DNA from: an uncultured Bacteroidota bacterium
Lineage (GTDB): Bacteria > CLD3 > SB21
Length of the DNA stretch: 64,000 nucleotides
Direction: 5' to 3'
NCBI GenBank assembly: GCA_964544475.1
Contig: CAZJBS010000009.1
Location: forward strand, 11,639-75,638
A program made the position numbers and the translations under genes. Below the pieces are notes generated by a model that had not been told where the DNA came from, searched no databases, and saw nothing but the letters and a program-made list of their open reading frames with translations. Position 1 is the stretch's first letter. The number at the start of each line of letters is the position of its first letter. Positions 28,316 through 37,810 of the stretch are shown here, piece by piece.

Positions 28316-29548
28316 ATGTTTTCCTCTCCGCCAAATAGTTCTCGCCTTCTGCTGTTGATCTTCGTGACCGCCCTGATTGACATGATTGGCTTTGGCATCA
28401 TCATTCCTATTCTTCCTTTTTTTGCCGAGCACTATGGGGCGGACGCACTGACGATCGGATTTCTCACGGCGGTCTTCTTGATGATTCAGTTTTTTTCCGC
28501 TCCGGCCTGGGGTAATCTGTCCGACCGTCTGGGGCGACGTCCGGTTCTTTTGACCTGTATTTTTGCGACGGCGGCGTCCTACGTGGTTTTCGGAATGGCG
28601 GAATCCCTTGCAGTACTCTTCCTGGCCAGGATCATGGGCGGCCTATTTGCGGGCAAATACTCTACCATTCAAGCCTACATCGCCGACGTCACGTCGCCGA
28701 AAGATCGTTCCAAGGGCATGGGCCTGTTTGGAGCCGCCTTTGGCCTCGGATTCATACTTGGTCCTGTACTTGGCGGCTTATTGGGACGTTGGGGTTATGC
28801 CGCCCCGCTTTTTTTTGCCGCGGCTCTGACGACACTGAATGGTGTCGCGGTATTCTACTTGTTACCGGAGTCACTCTCCCCGGAGGCCAAAGGCCGGATC
28901 CGGCGTCAGAAGGACATGTCATCAACGAAAGCATATACCCTCCGGTCCATCATGACCGATCAAACTGTCAGCCATTCGATATTGATTTCCGCAGTTTTCA
29001 ACGGGGCCTTTTCGATGCTTTATGCCACATTTGCCCTTTTTAATGAACGGGAATTTGGGTTCCACACGACAGAGACTGGCTACATTTTCGCCTATATCGG
29101 AGTTGTTGGCGCTGTAGTGCAGGGTGGCATGATCGGCCGGTTGAGCCGGAAGTTCGGTGAGGAGACGCTTGTCAAGACCGGACTGGTCATCATGACGGCG
29201 GGTATGTTTATGCTGTCACTGGCGGACACCGTGGAGAGACTGATTGCGGCGGGCACTTTGGTGGCCGCAGGGAGCGGCTTGTTGACGCCGGCGTTGTCCG
29301 GCTTGGTATCCCGAAGAACGCCGGACTTCCGGCAAGGCCGCGTGCTGGGTGTGATGCAATCCGCAGGTAATCTTGGTCGGATGGCGGGCATGATTGGTGG
29401 AGGGTATGTTTTTGACTCCGTCAGCCTATGGTCTCCATTCTGGATCTCGGGAATAATACTAACTTTGGCTACTGCGTATTCCATGCGAATGATCCATTCG
29501 GTCAATGCAACGGATTCACTGCCATTTGCAGGAGAAGTTCATGAGTGA
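28316..29548 (+). CDS. MFS transporter, TetA/DHA1-like
   Basis: [12 protein letters not shown] motif [29 protein letters not shown]. Start set at ATG 28316. Confidence 0.92.
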   Translation: MFSSPPNSSRLLLLIFVTALIDMIGFGIIIPILPFFAEHYGADALTIGFLTAVFLMIQFFSAPAWGNLSDRLGRRPVLLTCIFATAASYVVFGMAESLAVLFLARIMGGLFAGKYSTIQAYIADVTSPKDRSKGMGLFGAAFGLGFILGPVLGGLLGRWGYAAPLFFAAALTTLNGVAVFYLLPESLSPEAKGRIRRQKDMSSTKAYTLRSIMTDQTVSHSILISAVFNGAFSMLYATFALFNEREFGFHTTETGYIFAYIGVVGAVVQGGMIGRLSRKFGEETLVKTGLVIMTAGMFMLSLADTVERLIAAGTLVAAGSGLLTPALSGLVSRRTPDFRQGRVLGVMQSAGNLGRMAGMIGGGYVFDSVSLWSPFWISGIILTLATAYSMRMIHSVNATDSLPFAGEVHE

Positions 29549-31136
29549 AACAAAAAAGAAATCACAGCGTCGAGAATCTTTCGAAACCGATTCGAACATC
29601 ACCATTCCGGCCTTCCTGGATTCGTACGCCTCGGACGATAAGAAGCACTTGGGCCATCCTGGCGAATACCCTTTCACCCGGGGAGTTCAGAATACGATGT
29701 ATCGTGGGAGGTTCTGGACGATGAGGCAATATGCCGGCTTCGGTAATGCTGAGGAATCGAACAAACGCTACAAATACCTTCTTTCGCAGGGGACGATGGG
29801 ACTTTCCGTGGCATTTGATCTGCCCACGCAAATCGGCTATGATTGTGACCATCCGCTCGCCGACGGCGAAGTCGGCAAGGTTGGCGTTTCCATTTCTTCC
29901 CTGGAGGACATGGAGACCTTGTTTGATGGTATTCCATTAGGCAAAATATCGACGTCCATGACGATCAACGCCACGGCCGCCATCTTGTTGAGTCTGTATG
30001 TGGCCGTCGCGCGCAAGCGGGGCATTGCGTTGAATCAGCTTGCCGGCACAATCCAAAATGATGTACTCAAAGAGTATGTGGCACGGGGAACCTACATTTA
30101 TCCGCCGAAACCCTCCATGCGCATCATTACAGATATCTTCAGCTATTGCGCAAGGAACCTGCCGAAATGGAACATGATCTCAATCAGTGGATACCACATT
30201 CGGGAAGCAGGATCAACCGCTGTTCAGGAACTGGCCTTCACTTTTTCGAACGGTATCGCGTATGTGAAAGCCGCTTTGGATGCCGGCCTGGACGTCGACG
30301 ACTTTGCCTCCCGTCTCAGTTTTTTTTTCAACGCCCACAGTCATTTCTTTGAAGAGGTGGCAAAATTCAGGGCCGCGAGGCGCATTTGGGCGCGGATCAT
30401 GAAGGAGAGGTTCCAGGCCAAGGATCCGAAAAGCATGATGCTGCGTTTTCACACGCAGACCGGTGGGTCCACGTTAACCGCCCAGCAGCCCTACAACAAT
30501 ATTCCACGCGTTACGCTTCAGGCCCTGGCCGCCGTTCTGGGAGGTACACAGAGTCTGCACACGAATTCCTTTGATGAAGCCCTCGCGCTGCCAACAGAGA
30601 AATCAGCGGAAATCGCGCTCAGGACACAACAGGTGGTGGCATTCGAGAGCGGCGTGGCCGACACAATCGACCCTTTGGCGGGAAGCTATTATGTGGAATA
30701 TCTCACCGATACGATTGAGAAATTGGCCTTTGAGTATATTGACAGGGTCGAAGCCATGGGTGGCTCGATTGCGGCCATAGAAAAGGGATTCTTTCAATCG
30801 GAAATCGCCGACGCCAGCTACCGGTACCAAAAAGCAATTGAGAAGAAGGACAAGATCATTGTGGGGCTCAATGACTTCAAGTCCGACCACGAAACGCCGA
30901 TGGAAATCCTGCGCCTGGATCCCTTGCTGGAGGAGCGTCAGAAAGCCAAAATAGCCAGGCTTCGCCGGCAGCGAAATGAAGCCGCGGTAGCCGAGAAACT
31001 TGCTGCTTTACGAAAAGCGGCATTGGGTTCCGACAATCTTCTTCCATACATTCTGGATAGCGTGGAGGTTTATGCCACGTTGGGCGAAATCGCCGATGTG
31101 ATGCGGGGTGCGTTCGGTGAGTATCGATCTTCCTGA
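29541..31136 (+). CDS. Methylmalonyl-CoA mutase family, substrate-binding subunit (no cobalamin-binding domain)
   Basis: [59 protein letters not shown]; ends without DxHxxG. Confidence 0.93.
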   Translation: MSETKKKSQRRESFETDSNITIPAFLDSYASDDKKHLGHPGEYPFTRGVQNTMYRGRFWTMRQYAGFGNAEESNKRYKYLLSQGTMGLSVAFDLPTQIGYDCDHPLADGEVGKVGVSISSLEDMETLFDGIPLGKISTSMTINATAAILLSLYVAVARKRGIALNQLAGTIQNDVLKEYVARGTYIYPPKPSMRIITDIFSYCARNLPKWNMISISGYHIREAGSTAVQELAFTFSNGIAYVKAALDAGLDVDDFASRLSFFFNAHSHFFEEVAKFRAARRIWARIMKERFQAKDPKSMMLRFHTQTGGSTLTAQQPYNNIPRVTLQALAAVLGGTQSLHTNSFDEALALPTEKSAEIALRTQQVVAFESGVADTIDPLAGSYYVEYLTDTIEKLAFEYIDRVEAMGGSIAAIEKGFFQSEIADASYRYQKAIEKKDKIIVGLNDFKSDHETPMEILRLDPLLEERQKAKIARLRRQRNEAAVAEKLAALRKAALGSDNLLPYILDSVEVYATLGEIADVMRGAFGEYRSS

Positions 31137-31200
31137 AAAAAAACCCAGGGTGAGGGTAGCCCTGGGTTTGTAGAAGAGGTTGTTTCCAACCTCTCTTGGG
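31137..31200 (-). ncRNA. Candidate ~65 nt small RNA (two hairpins, own promoter and terminator)
   Basis: Minus strand CCCAAGAGAGGTTG-GAAA-CAACCTCTTCTAC-AAACCCAGGG-CTACCCTCA-CCCTGGGTTT-TTTT, downstream of TTGCCA-N17-TATATT. Confidence 0.55.
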
Positions 31201-31206
31201 GGATCA

Positions 31207-31235
31207 AATATAACATCGAATTCCGACGTTGGCAA
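31207..31235 (-). promoter_or_regulatory. Sigma70-type promoter pointing into a non-coding region
   Basis: TTGCCA (31235-31230)-N17-TATATT (31212-31207); same -35 hexamer as the tRNA-Ile2 promoter. Confidence 0.6.
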
Positions 31236-31286
31236 GAAGATCGTCATCTTCTGTCGCTTCCGGTTTTTTTTTGACGCCGACACGCG

Positions 31287-31310
31287 TATTTCAGCTAAGA
31301 TGCTGAAATA
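31287..31310. promoter_or_regulatory. Palindromic operator candidate between divergent promoters
   Basis: TATTTCAGC-TAAGAT-GCTGAAATA, perfect 9 bp inverted repeat. Confidence 0.45.
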
Positions 31311-31312
31311 TT

Positions 31313-31341
31313 TTGCTTTTTCTAACTTGTTGCCGTATATT
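31313..31341 (+). promoter_or_regulatory. Sigma70-type promoter of recJ
   Basis: TTGCTT-N17-TATATT in an AT-rich region upstream of recJ. Confidence 0.6.
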
Positions 31342-31434
31342 AATAATGTATTGGTTACTTTGGATTTATGGGGGCTTATTCTTCACAAGATTTTGATAAT
31401 AAACTACTTATGATAAACAAATTAACCACAATCT

Positions 31435-33162
31435 ATGCTCGAACAGCAATGGGTGCTGAACAATCATCATGACAAGGAGCGAGTACATAGTCTAGCCAAT
31501 CAAATCAATGTCCCAGAATTAATCGCTAATATCCTGTTTAATCGTGGGATAATGACTTTCGATGACGCGAAGAACTTTTTTCGTGCCGAAAGTGCTCCTC
31601 TCCATGATCCTTTTCTGATGCACAATATGGACCTCGCCGTTGATCGCGTAATCAAGGCGATCACCAACCGCGAGGCCATCATGATTTACGGTGACTATGA
31701 CGTAGACGGTACTACCAGTACGTCTATGTTGTATCTTTTTCTCAAAGAGATACATCGTGGCTCCCTGACTTACTATATTCCTGACCGGGTCAAAGAAGGC
31801 TATGGCTTGTCGCCGTACGGCATCAATGCGGCGAATGCGCTGGGCGTAAAGCTGCTGATCGCTGTGGATTGCGGCATCACGGCCATCAATCAGGTCGACC
31901 TTGCCAACCAATATGGCATTGATATTATCATCTGTGATCACCACCATCCTGGTGACATTCTCCCGAGGGCAGCGGCCATTTTGAATCCAAAGCAGGAGGC
32001 TTGCAGTTACCCTTTCAAGGAGCTTTGCGGCGTGGGCGTGGCCTTCAAGCTGGCCCAGGGGATTACGGAAACTCTCAAAATCGACCGGAATATTCTGATG
32101 CAGCACCTGGATCTGGTGGCCATTGGCAGCGCCGCGGATATTGTGCCTTTGATTGGTGAGAACCGGACGCTGGTGAAGAACGGACTCAAACTGGTGACCG
32201 ATGCCGGCAAAGTTGGCATTCGGCAACTGATTAAGAACGCGAATATTTTTGGCAAACCCATTTCCACCGCCCAAATCGTATTCTCTCTGGCGCCCCGAAT
32301 CAATGCTGTCGGCCGTCTTGGAGACGCCAATCGCGCCGTCAAATTGCTGATCTGCAAGTCAGAAACCGAAGCGGTCGAATATGCCAGCGTTCTGGAATCT
32401 GAAAATCGCAATCGGCGCGATCTCAACGAGGTGATGTTTCTCGAGGCGTGCGAAATTGTGGACAGCGAGTTCGATTTTGAGAAAGACAAGGTCATCGTCG
32501 TGTACAAGAAAGGCTGGCACCAGGGGGTCATTGGGATTGTGGCCAGCAAACTTGTCGAACGGTACTATCGCCCCGCCATTGTCATTGCGGAGGCGGATGA
32601 CAAGGGTAAGGGGTCGGCCAGAAGCGTCGAAAATTTCGATGTATTCCAGGCGTTGAAATCGTGCGAGGACCTCATGGTGGGGTACGGAGGTCACAAATAC
32701 GCCGCCGGCCTGACCATCGAATTGCAAAAAGTTCCTGAACTCAGAAAACGTCTCAACGCCTATGCCGCGATCAATCTCCCGCCGGAAGACCTGGTACCAA
32801 AAATCCAGATCGATTCTGAAATACGTCTGGATGAAATTGATCAACGCTTGATTACGCTTCTCAATCTTTTCAAGCCTTTCGGGCCGTCCAATATGCGTCC
32901 GGTCTTTCTTTCCTCCAATCTGCAAATTGTCGGATATCCGCAGTTGATGAATGAGCGACATATTCGCCTTAAGGTTCGCCAGAATGGTACCGTGCTGGAT
33001 GCGGTGGGCTTCAACCTCGGCCATCACTATAACGCCATCGGCGTTGGTGACAAGCTGGTGGATCTGGTTTATCAGATTGACGAAAATACCTGGATGGGCC
33101 GCACGACCATTCAGTTGAAGATCAAAGATCTTAAGATACACAGCAACGGCAATTCCAGGTAA
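31435..33162 (+). CDS. recJ: Single-stranded-DNA-specific exonuclease RecJ
   Basis: YGDYDVDG, IPDRVKEGYG, VDCG, CDHH, APRINAVGRL, GSARS, GGHKYAAG. Confidence 0.97.
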   Translation: MLEQQWVLNNHHDKERVHSLANQINVPELIANILFNRGIMTFDDAKNFFRAESAPLHDPFLMHNMDLAVDRVIKAITNREAIMIYGDYDVDGTTSTSMLYLFLKEIHRGSLTYYIPDRVKEGYGLSPYGINAANALGVKLLIAVDCGITAINQVDLANQYGIDIIICDHHHPGDILPRAAAILNPKQEACSYPFKELCGVGVAFKLAQGITETLKIDRNILMQHLDLVAIGSAADIVPLIGENRTLVKNGLKLVTDAGKVGIRQLIKNANIFGKPISTAQIVFSLAPRINAVGRLGDANRAVKLLICKSETEAVEYASVLESENRNRRDLNEVMFLEACEIVDSEFDFEKDKVIVVYKKGWHQGVIGIVASKLVERYYRPAIVIAEADDKGKGSARSVENFDVFQALKSCEDLMVGYGGHKYAAGLTIELQKVPELRKRLNAYAAINLPPEDLVPKIQIDSEIRLDEIDQRLITLLNLFKPFGPSNMRPVFLSSNLQIVGYPQLMNERHIRLKVRQNGTVLDAVGFNLGHHYNAIGVGDKLVDLVYQIDENTWMGRTTIQLKIKDLKIHSNGNSR

Positions 33163-33171
33163 GAGGCCCCT

Positions 33172-33759
33172 TTGTTTCGCGCGGTTTTTCTCGACAGAGA
33201 CGGTACGATCAACGTCGAGAAAAACTATGTCCATCGTGTTGAGGATTTCGAGTTCATTGATGGGGCGATCGAGGGCATAGCCCTTCTCAACCAACATGGG
33301 TTCAAGGTTGTCGTAGTGTCAAATCAGTCCGGTATCGCGCGAGGATTCTACACACCCAACGACGTCCACGTTCTGCATGACCACATCCAGAGGGAACTCA
33401 GGAAACACGATGCCCTCATCGACGCTTTCTACTATTGTCCACATCACCCGGAAGCGGCGATTGACATGTATCGGCTGAACTGTGATTGCCGAAAACCCAA
33501 TCCAGGTATGGTTCTTCGCGCCGAAAAAAAATTAGATTTGGATTTGAAAAGCTCCTATATTGTTGGGGATCTGGTTGCCGATATTGAATTGGGTCTTCGA
33601 TTGGGAATATACGCGGTCCTGGTGAAAACTGGGCACGGCGAGGATGCTTTGAAAACGTTGCAGGACACCAACCAGCCACCCGATGCCGTCGCGGACAACC
33701 TTCTCGGGGCGGTTCGTCATATTGTCCGGCGTACGTCCAGCCGTTTATCCAACATATAA
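33172..33759 (+). CDS. gmhB: D-glycero-D-manno-heptose 1,7-bisphosphate phosphatase
   Basis: FLDRDGTIN, SNQSGIARG, CPHHP...CDCRKPNPGM, VGD. Confidence 0.9.
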   Translation: MFRAVFLDRDGTINVEKNYVHRVEDFEFIDGAIEGIALLNQHGFKVVVVSNQSGIARGFYTPNDVHVLHDHIQRELRKHDALIDAFYYCPHHPEAAIDMYRLNCDCRKPNPGMVLRAEKKLDLDLKSSYIVGDLVADIELGLRLGIYAVLVKTGHGEDALKTLQDTNQPPDAVADNLLGAVRHIVRRTSSRLSNI

Positions 33760-33773
33760 CCTGTGGTGAGATC

Positions 33774-34934
33774 GTGGAATTTTCATTTGCTGAACGACTG
33801 AACCATGTGACCGCTTCGGCCACCGTTAGTTTGGCCGAAAAGGCCAGGGCCCTAAAAGAAGCCGGTGAAGATGTCATAGACCTGACCATTGGCGAGCCTG
33901 ATTTCCCGACTCCGCCACATGTCATCGCTGCCGCCTATCGTGCCATGACTCAGGGAGAAACCAAATACACGAATTCCAGAGGCATTCCGGAACTGCGCCA
34001 GGCGATTTCGGAGAAGTTGGAACAGGATTACCAACTCCGGTATTCACCCGTTCATGAGATTCTGGTTACACCGGGCGGCAAGCAGGGCATTTTCTATTCG
34101 GTTCTTGCTTTTGTGAATCCTGGCGATGAGGTTCTTTGCCTCGAGCCATGCTGGGTGGGTTACGAGAGTTGCATTTCCGTTGTGGGTGGCCGATATGTCG
34201 GCGTAGCGACAAGGGCGGAGGATGGATATGCTGTACACGAGCAGGCGATTCGCGAAAAACTTTCCCCTCGTACGCGTATGATGATCATCAATAGTCCGAG
34301 CAATCCAACCGGAAAAGTGCTCACGCTGGATGAACTGAGGATGATTGCTTCCATCTGCATCGAGCGGAATCTCATCCTCTTATCGGACGACATTTATGAG
34401 AAAATCATTTTTGATGAACATGTTTTTCAGACGGCGGCCGGACTGCCGAAGATGCGCGAACGGACGATCGTATTGAACGGGTTTTCAAAAGCCTATTCGA
34501 TGACCGGCTGGCGGTTGGCATATCTGGCGGCCGACAAGAAGATCATCGGCGAGATGAATAAATTGCAGCAGTTGTCGGCGACGTGCCCATCGTCGATCAG
34601 CCAATGGGGAGGTGTCGAAGCCCTGACCGGTCTGCAACACAGTGTTAAGCGAATGACGCAGGCCTACCAGACGCGGCGAGACATTGTCTTCAAGGGCTTC
34701 AATACCAGGAAGTTTTCGTGCTTCAAGGCTGAAGGGGCGTTTTATGGCTTTGTGAATGTCAGCAAGCTTGGAATGACGTCTCAGGAAGCGTGTGCGTTTT
34801 TGCTGGAGCGTTGCAAAATTGTCACGGTTCCGGGAGACGCTTTTGGATCAGCCGGTGAAGGGTTTGTTCGGATATCATTCGGCACTTCAGACAAGAATCT
34901 GAAGAAAGCGATTAATAATCTTGAGAATATCTAG
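33774..34934 (+). CDS. PLP-dependent class I/II (aspartate-type) aminotransferase
   Basis: GEPDFPTP, NSPSNPTG, SDDIY, GFSKAYSMTGWR, VPGDAFG. Confidence 0.93.
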   Translation: MEFSFAERLNHVTASATVSLAEKARALKEAGEDVIDLTIGEPDFPTPPHVIAAAYRAMTQGETKYTNSRGIPELRQAISEKLEQDYQLRYSPVHEILVTPGGKQGIFYSVLAFVNPGDEVLCLEPCWVGYESCISVVGGRYVGVATRAEDGYAVHEQAIREKLSPRTRMMIINSPSNPTGKVLTLDELRMIASICIERNLILLSDDIYEKIIFDEHVFQTAAGLPKMRERTIVLNGFSKAYSMTGWRLAYLAADKKIIGEMNKLQQLSATCPSSISQWGGVEALTGLQHSVKRMTQAYQTRRDIVFKGFNTRKFSCFKAEGAFYGFVNVSKLGMTSQEACAFLLERCKIVTVPGDAFGSAGEGFVRISFGTSDKNLKKAINNLENI

Positions 34935-34949
34935 AAGATACGTTATCTT
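34921..34949 (+). promoter_or_regulatory. Sigma70-type promoter of tRNA-Pro
   Basis: TTGAGA-N17-TATCTT ending 11 nt before the tRNA. Confidence 0.6.
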
Positions 34950-34959
34950 TCACCGTTTT

Positions 34960-35034
34960 CGGAATGTGGCGCAGCCCGGATAGCGCACTCCCTTGGGGTG
35001 GGAGGGGTCGGAGGTTCAAATCCTCTCATTCCGA
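34960..35034 (+). tRNA. tRNA-Pro (GGG)
   Basis: CGGAATG...CATTCCG acceptor stem; CTCCC-TTGGGGT-GGGAG anticodon arm; GGTTCAAATCC T-loop; CCA not encoded (3' end ACAG). Confidence 0.93.
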
Positions 35035-35037
35035 CAG

Positions 35038-35062
35038 AAGGCCGTCCAGCGATGGCCTTTTC
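35038..35062 (+). terminator. Terminator after tRNA-Pro
   Basis: AAGGCCGTC-CAGC-GATGGCCTT followed by a T-rich tail. Confidence 0.6.
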
Positions 35063-35082
35063 TTATTTCAGGAATGCCGGGT

Positions 35083-36168
35083 TCATCCGTCGCCAAAACT
35101 GGTTCCTACAGCCCTCGCGCCCAGCAGGAGCCGGTTATCGGGTTGGACCAGTTTTTGATGTCCAATGGCCGTCTCGATGGGCACTCGAGCGATCTGTCCC
35201 CTTTGATAAGCCACCATCTTTCCCCAGTCGTTTTCCATCACGCATCGGGCCGCCTCGACCCCGAACATCGTCGCCAGATTTCGATCGTACGACGTCGGCG
35301 AACCGCCGCGTTGCAGGTGTCCAAGGATAGTCACACGAATTTCATTTTCGACAAGCGGTTCGAGTTCCTTGGCCAGGTATTGTCCTATGCCCCCAAGACG
35401 GGTTACTTCGGGCGCGCCCTCGACCGTCTTTGCAACGACTTGTTTGCCGAGCGAGTTGCTGGCACCTTCGGCAACGACAATGATCGTATTACCCTCGCCT
35501 CGACGGCTTCTCAAGCGGCAAACCTCCGCGATTTTCTCTGTCTGATAAGGGATTTCAGGCAAAAGAATGACATCCGCACCACCGGCTACGCCGCCATGCA
35601 GAGCAATCCAACCGGCGTTGCGGCCCATGACCTCGAGGATCATCACTCGGTGGTGACTGCGCGCTGTAGTATGCAGACGATCCAGGGCTTCCGCCACAAT
35701 GGCCACGGCGGTGTCAAAACCAAACGTGATGTCCGTTGCCATCAGGTCATTGTCAATCGTCTTTGGAATACCGATCAATGGCAAGCCGCGCACATGAAAT
35801 TTGTAGGCAATAGCTTGTGTGCCATCACCACCGATGCACAACAACCCATCCAGACCGATCTCCCTCGCGTAGGCGAGCACCTGATCTGTCAGATCGACAT
35901 GGGATTTTGTCGAGGCTTGATAGAAGTGGCAGGGGTCGGCACGGTTGGATGTGCCGAGAATGGTGCCACCCTGTTGCATGATGCCGCTGAGATCAGTGAA
36001 GTTCAGTTTTCGAATACGCTTTTCAATCAAGCCGGCGAACCCGTCCCGAATGCCGATGACTTCATAATTCCCAGATCGAAGCAGGCACTTGCCGGCCGCC
36101 CGAATAACTGCATTCAGACCCGGGCAGTCGCCGCCACCTGTCAAGATTCCAACTCGTCGTGGTGTCAT
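35083..36168 (-). CDS. pfkA: 6-phosphofructokinase (PfkA family)
   Basis: LTGGGDCPGLNA, GGTILGTS, IGGDGT, IPKTIDND, EVMGRNAGW, LGHLQRGG. Start set at ATG 36168 with SD GGAGG. Confidence 0.95.
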   Translation of the reverse strand: MTPRRVGILTGGGDCPGLNAVIRAAGKCLLRSGNYEVIGIRDGFAGLIEKRIRKLNFTDLSGIMQQGGTILGTSNRADPCHFYQASTKSHVDLTDQVLAYAREIGLDGLLCIGGDGTQAIAYKFHVRGLPLIGIPKTIDNDLMATDITFGFDTAVAIVAEALDRLHTTARSHHRVMILEVMGRNAGWIALHGGVAGGADVILLPEIPYQTEKIAEVCRLRSRRGEGNTIIVVAEGASNSLGKQVVAKTVEGAPEVTRLGGIGQYLAKELEPLVENEIRVTILGHLQRGGSPTSYDRNLATMFGVEAARCVMENDWGKMVAYQRGQIARVPIETAIGHQKLVQPDNRLLLGARAVGTSFGDG

Positions 36169-36268
36169 ATGACCTCCCATGGTAACCTTGAAAGGTACAT
36201 CTTCAGAAACACAAATACATCGCAAATTTTTCATGGGAGAAGTCGCCGGCGGTTTGTATATTACCGCC

Positions 36269-37810
36269 ATGAAGCGAATTGTAACACCAGAAGAAATGCA
36301 GGCTATTGATCGCATAACGATCAACGAGCGTGGGGTTCCTGGCGAAACGTTAATGGAGCGTGCGGGCCAGGCGGTTCTGGATTGGATGCTCAAGGAGGTT
36401 CCCGAGGTCCTTCATCAGAAAATCACGATCCTCTGCGGCAAGGGCAACAATGGTGGAGACGGGCTTGTCGTCGCAAGATTGCTGACAGCCAGGGGCACCA
36501 TACCCGAAGTCTTTCTGTTTGCCCAGGAAAGCAGTCTGACCGGCGATGCTCTGGCGAATTACCGGAAACTCGTGCTTTGCGGCGTTCGACCAACGCCTAT
36601 TGAAAATGCCTCCGCTATTCCATCGGATCGACCGGACGTGGTCGTGGATGCGTTATTGGGAACCGGGACCAAGGGGGCGTTGGAAGGAGACCTGCTGGAT
36701 CTGGTGAAGACGATCAACTCGTGGAAATCCGAAGGCACGTACGTCGTTGCCGTCGATATCCCGTCCGGTCTCAACGGTGAGAGCGGGGAAGCGGATGAGG
36801 CGGTTATGGCCGATCTCACGGTAACGATCGGACTGCCAAAGCGGGGATTACTTCTTGGTGAAGGAAAGCATTTCTGCGGAAAAATGCGGGTCGCTGATAT
36901 CGGATTTCCGAGGGATCTGACGGACGGCGGCGATCTTCATTGGATTGAGCCGAAAGACGTGGGCGATCTCTTTCCCAGACGTTATCATCAGGGACACAAG
37001 TATGACTTTGGACGTCTGCTAATTGTGGCGGGTTCCCGCGGCATGACCGGTGCTGCCGTGCTCTGTGCGAAGGCGGCTATTCGTTGTGGTGTTGGCATGG
37101 TGCGTGTGGCCATGCCGGCCAGTTGCGTTCACGTGATCGAACACGCCGTGCCGGAGGTTTTGACCGTCGCCATGCCCGAGACGGCTTCGGGCTCCATATC
37201 CAAACAGGCCCACGAACACCTGAAGGAAACGTTGGCGTGGTGCGAAGTGCTGGCGATCGGTCCTGGCCTATCCCGGCATCCGGATACCATACAGGCTGTA
37301 CAGGCCATCTTGAGGGATTTCAAGAGTCCGTCGATCGTGGATGCGGATGCGTTGTATGCCTTGTCGCAGGATTCGGAGTTGCTGGAACGAAGGGGACGCC
37401 CGACCATAGTGACACCTCATGTCGGCGAGTTCTGCAGCATGTCTGGCTTTTCAAAAAAAGACATCTTGTCCGATCGCGTATCAACCTCCAGGGCTTTTGC
37501 CCGCCGTGCCCGCCTCACCGTTCTCTTAAAAGGATCACCAACGATAATCACAGAATCGTCCGGGCGGGCGTACGTGACCCGCACCGGCAACCCTGGTATG
37601 GCAACGGCCGGCAGCGGAGATGTTCTGACCGGCATGGTCGCCGCCATGGCGGCACAACGGTTGACGATCGAGCAGGCGGGCTATTGCGGAGCTCTATTGC
37701 ACGGTCTTGCCGGCGATTTGGCGCGAGCCCGGTTCACGGAACCCGGCGTCACGGCAGGCACGATTGCAGACTACATTCCGATGGCTTTCCGGGAAACCGG
37801 CGTATGGTGA
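36269..37810 (+). CDS. nnr: Bifunctional NAD(P)H-hydrate epimerase/dehydratase
   Basis: GKGNNGGDG, DALLGTG, VDIPSG, HKYDFG, TPHVGE, GNPGMATAGSGDVLTG. Start set at ATG 36269. Confidence 0.95.
   Translation: MKRIVTPEEMQAIDRITINERGVPGETLMERAGQAVLDWMLKEVPEVLHQKITILCGKGNNGGDGLVVARLLTARGTIPEVFLFAQESSLTGDALANYRKLVLCGVRPTPIENASAIPSDRPDVVVDALLGTGTKGALEGDLLDLVKTINSWKSEGTYVVAVDIPSGLNGESGEADEAVMADLTVTIGLPKRGLLLGEGKHFCGKMRVADIGFPRDLTDGGDLHWIEPKDVGDLFPRRYHQGHKYDFGRLLIVAGSRGMTGAAVLCAKAAIRCGVGMVRVAMPASCVHVIEHAVPEVLTVAMPETASGSISKQAHEHLKETLAWCEVLAIGPGLSRHPDTIQAVQAILRDFKSPSIVDADALYALSQDSELLERRGRPTIVTPHVGEFCSMSGFSKKDILSDRVSTSRAFARRARLTVLLKGSPTIITESSGRAYVTRTGNPGMATAGSGDVLTGMVAAMAAQRLTIEQAGYCGALLHGLAGDLARARFTEPGVTAGTIADYIPMAFRETGVW

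Noticed and set aside
32359-33297. 312 aa minus-strand ORF
   Set aside because: Antisense to recJ and gmhB.
10077-35034. tRNA-anchored genomic islands at either tRNA
   Set aside because: No integrase, duplicated tRNA 3' end or phage/IS genes near either tRNA.
34993-36309. 438 aa plus-strand ORF
   Set aside because: Antisense shadow of pfkA that also runs through tRNA-Pro; no recognisable motifs.
37084-37803. N-terminal 240 aa of the 500 aa ORF
   Set aside because: Alternative frame inside nnr; only the part from ATG 37804 looks like a real protein.
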